This document shows, piece after piece, positions 63,818 to 64,000 of a stretch of DNA of 64,000 bases. The notes below the pieces were generated by a model, which saw nothing but the letters and a program-made list of their open reading frames with translations, had not been told where the DNA came from and did not search any database. This DNA comes from an uncultured Lachnospiraceae bacterium (GTDB taxonomy: Bacteria > Bacillota > Clostridia > Lachnospirales > Lachnospiraceae): the NCBI GenBank assembly GCA_902770965.1, contig CACXUY010000014.1:1841-65840 (forward strand), in the 5' to 3' direction. Position numbers and translations under genes: made by a program. The stretch's first letter is position 1. The number at the start of each line of letters is the position of its first letter.

Positions 63818-63970
63818 AAGCAGGTACAGAACGAAGGTAAAAGCAGGTACAGAACGAAGATAACAGTAAGTACGGAACGAAGATAACAGTAAGTACGGAA
63901 TGAAGATAACAGTAAGTACGGAATGAAGATAACAGAAAGTACGGAACGAAGATAACAGCAAGCAGAGTGT
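63813..63970 (+). repeat. ~7 x 23-bp tandem repeat (GATAACAGTAAGTACGGAACGAA)
   Basis: Units start at 63859, 63882, 63905, 63928 and 63951, with two more divergent units upstream. The repeat begins at the stop codon of the preceding gene, and the units are contiguous with no spacers. Confidence 0.85.
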
Positions 63971-64000
63971 AAGTATAGGGAGAAAGTATGCCAGCTAGAT

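Noticed and set aside
63813-63970. Possible CRISPR array for the orphan type III-B operon
   Set aside because: The units are contiguous 23-bp tandem copies with no unique spacers between them and no repeat palindromicity, so this is not a CRISPR architecture. The same applies to the arrays at 10828, 14068 and 56831.

Overview
This window looks like a moderately GC-rich Firmicutes/Clostridia-type chromosome. That is inferred from gene content (HydF, DegV, BlaI/M56 pair, GT39/GT2/GtrA, selenium-dependent Mo-hydroxylase accessory genes) and from strong GGAGG-type ribosome binding sites. Housekeeping genes include a clpX-like gene, mgtE, uvrB, uxaB, hydF, an amino-acid ABC transporter and an Fe(III)/polyamine-type ABC transporter, yqeB, yqeC-mocA, metF, folC and a cyclohydrolase-family gene. 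They are interrupted by three blocks that look AT-richer by eye; I did not compute composition. Block 1 (1-8.1 kb) holds a HigB toxin plus a HigA-ImmA fusion, a structured non-coding stretch that may be a group II intron 5' remnant, a BlaI/M56 signalling pair with an unusual repeat-module sensor, and a truncated IS630 transposase. Block 2 (18.4-19.45 kb) holds a decayed AAA-ATPase gene. Block 3 (35.44-49.6 kb) lies next to tRNA-Pro(CGG) and tRNA-Glu(CTC). The main finding is inside block 3. An 11.6-kb segment is bracketed by an exact 23-bp direct repeat of the tRNA-Glu 3' end. It carries a complete type III-B CRISPR effector operon (cmr1, HD-less cas10/cmr2, cmr3, cmr4, cmr5, cmr6) led by, and translationally coupled to, a CorA-like two-TM membrane protein. 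No CRISPR array, cas6, cas1/cas2, integrase or recognisable signal-degrading enzyme is visible anywhere in the window. The segment also contains a YhcG-type nuclease, a decayed brxL (BREX Lon-like) remnant, and a DUF3791-DUF3990-DUF3791 cassette that has a second, decayed copy 3 kb away. An HTH plus nucleotidyltransferase pair (putative toxin-antitoxin) follows. Other recurring features are two dispersed intergenic repeat families and many short tandem repeats placed exactly at gene boundaries. All functional calls rest on motif recognition from the supplied translations; no database search was possible.
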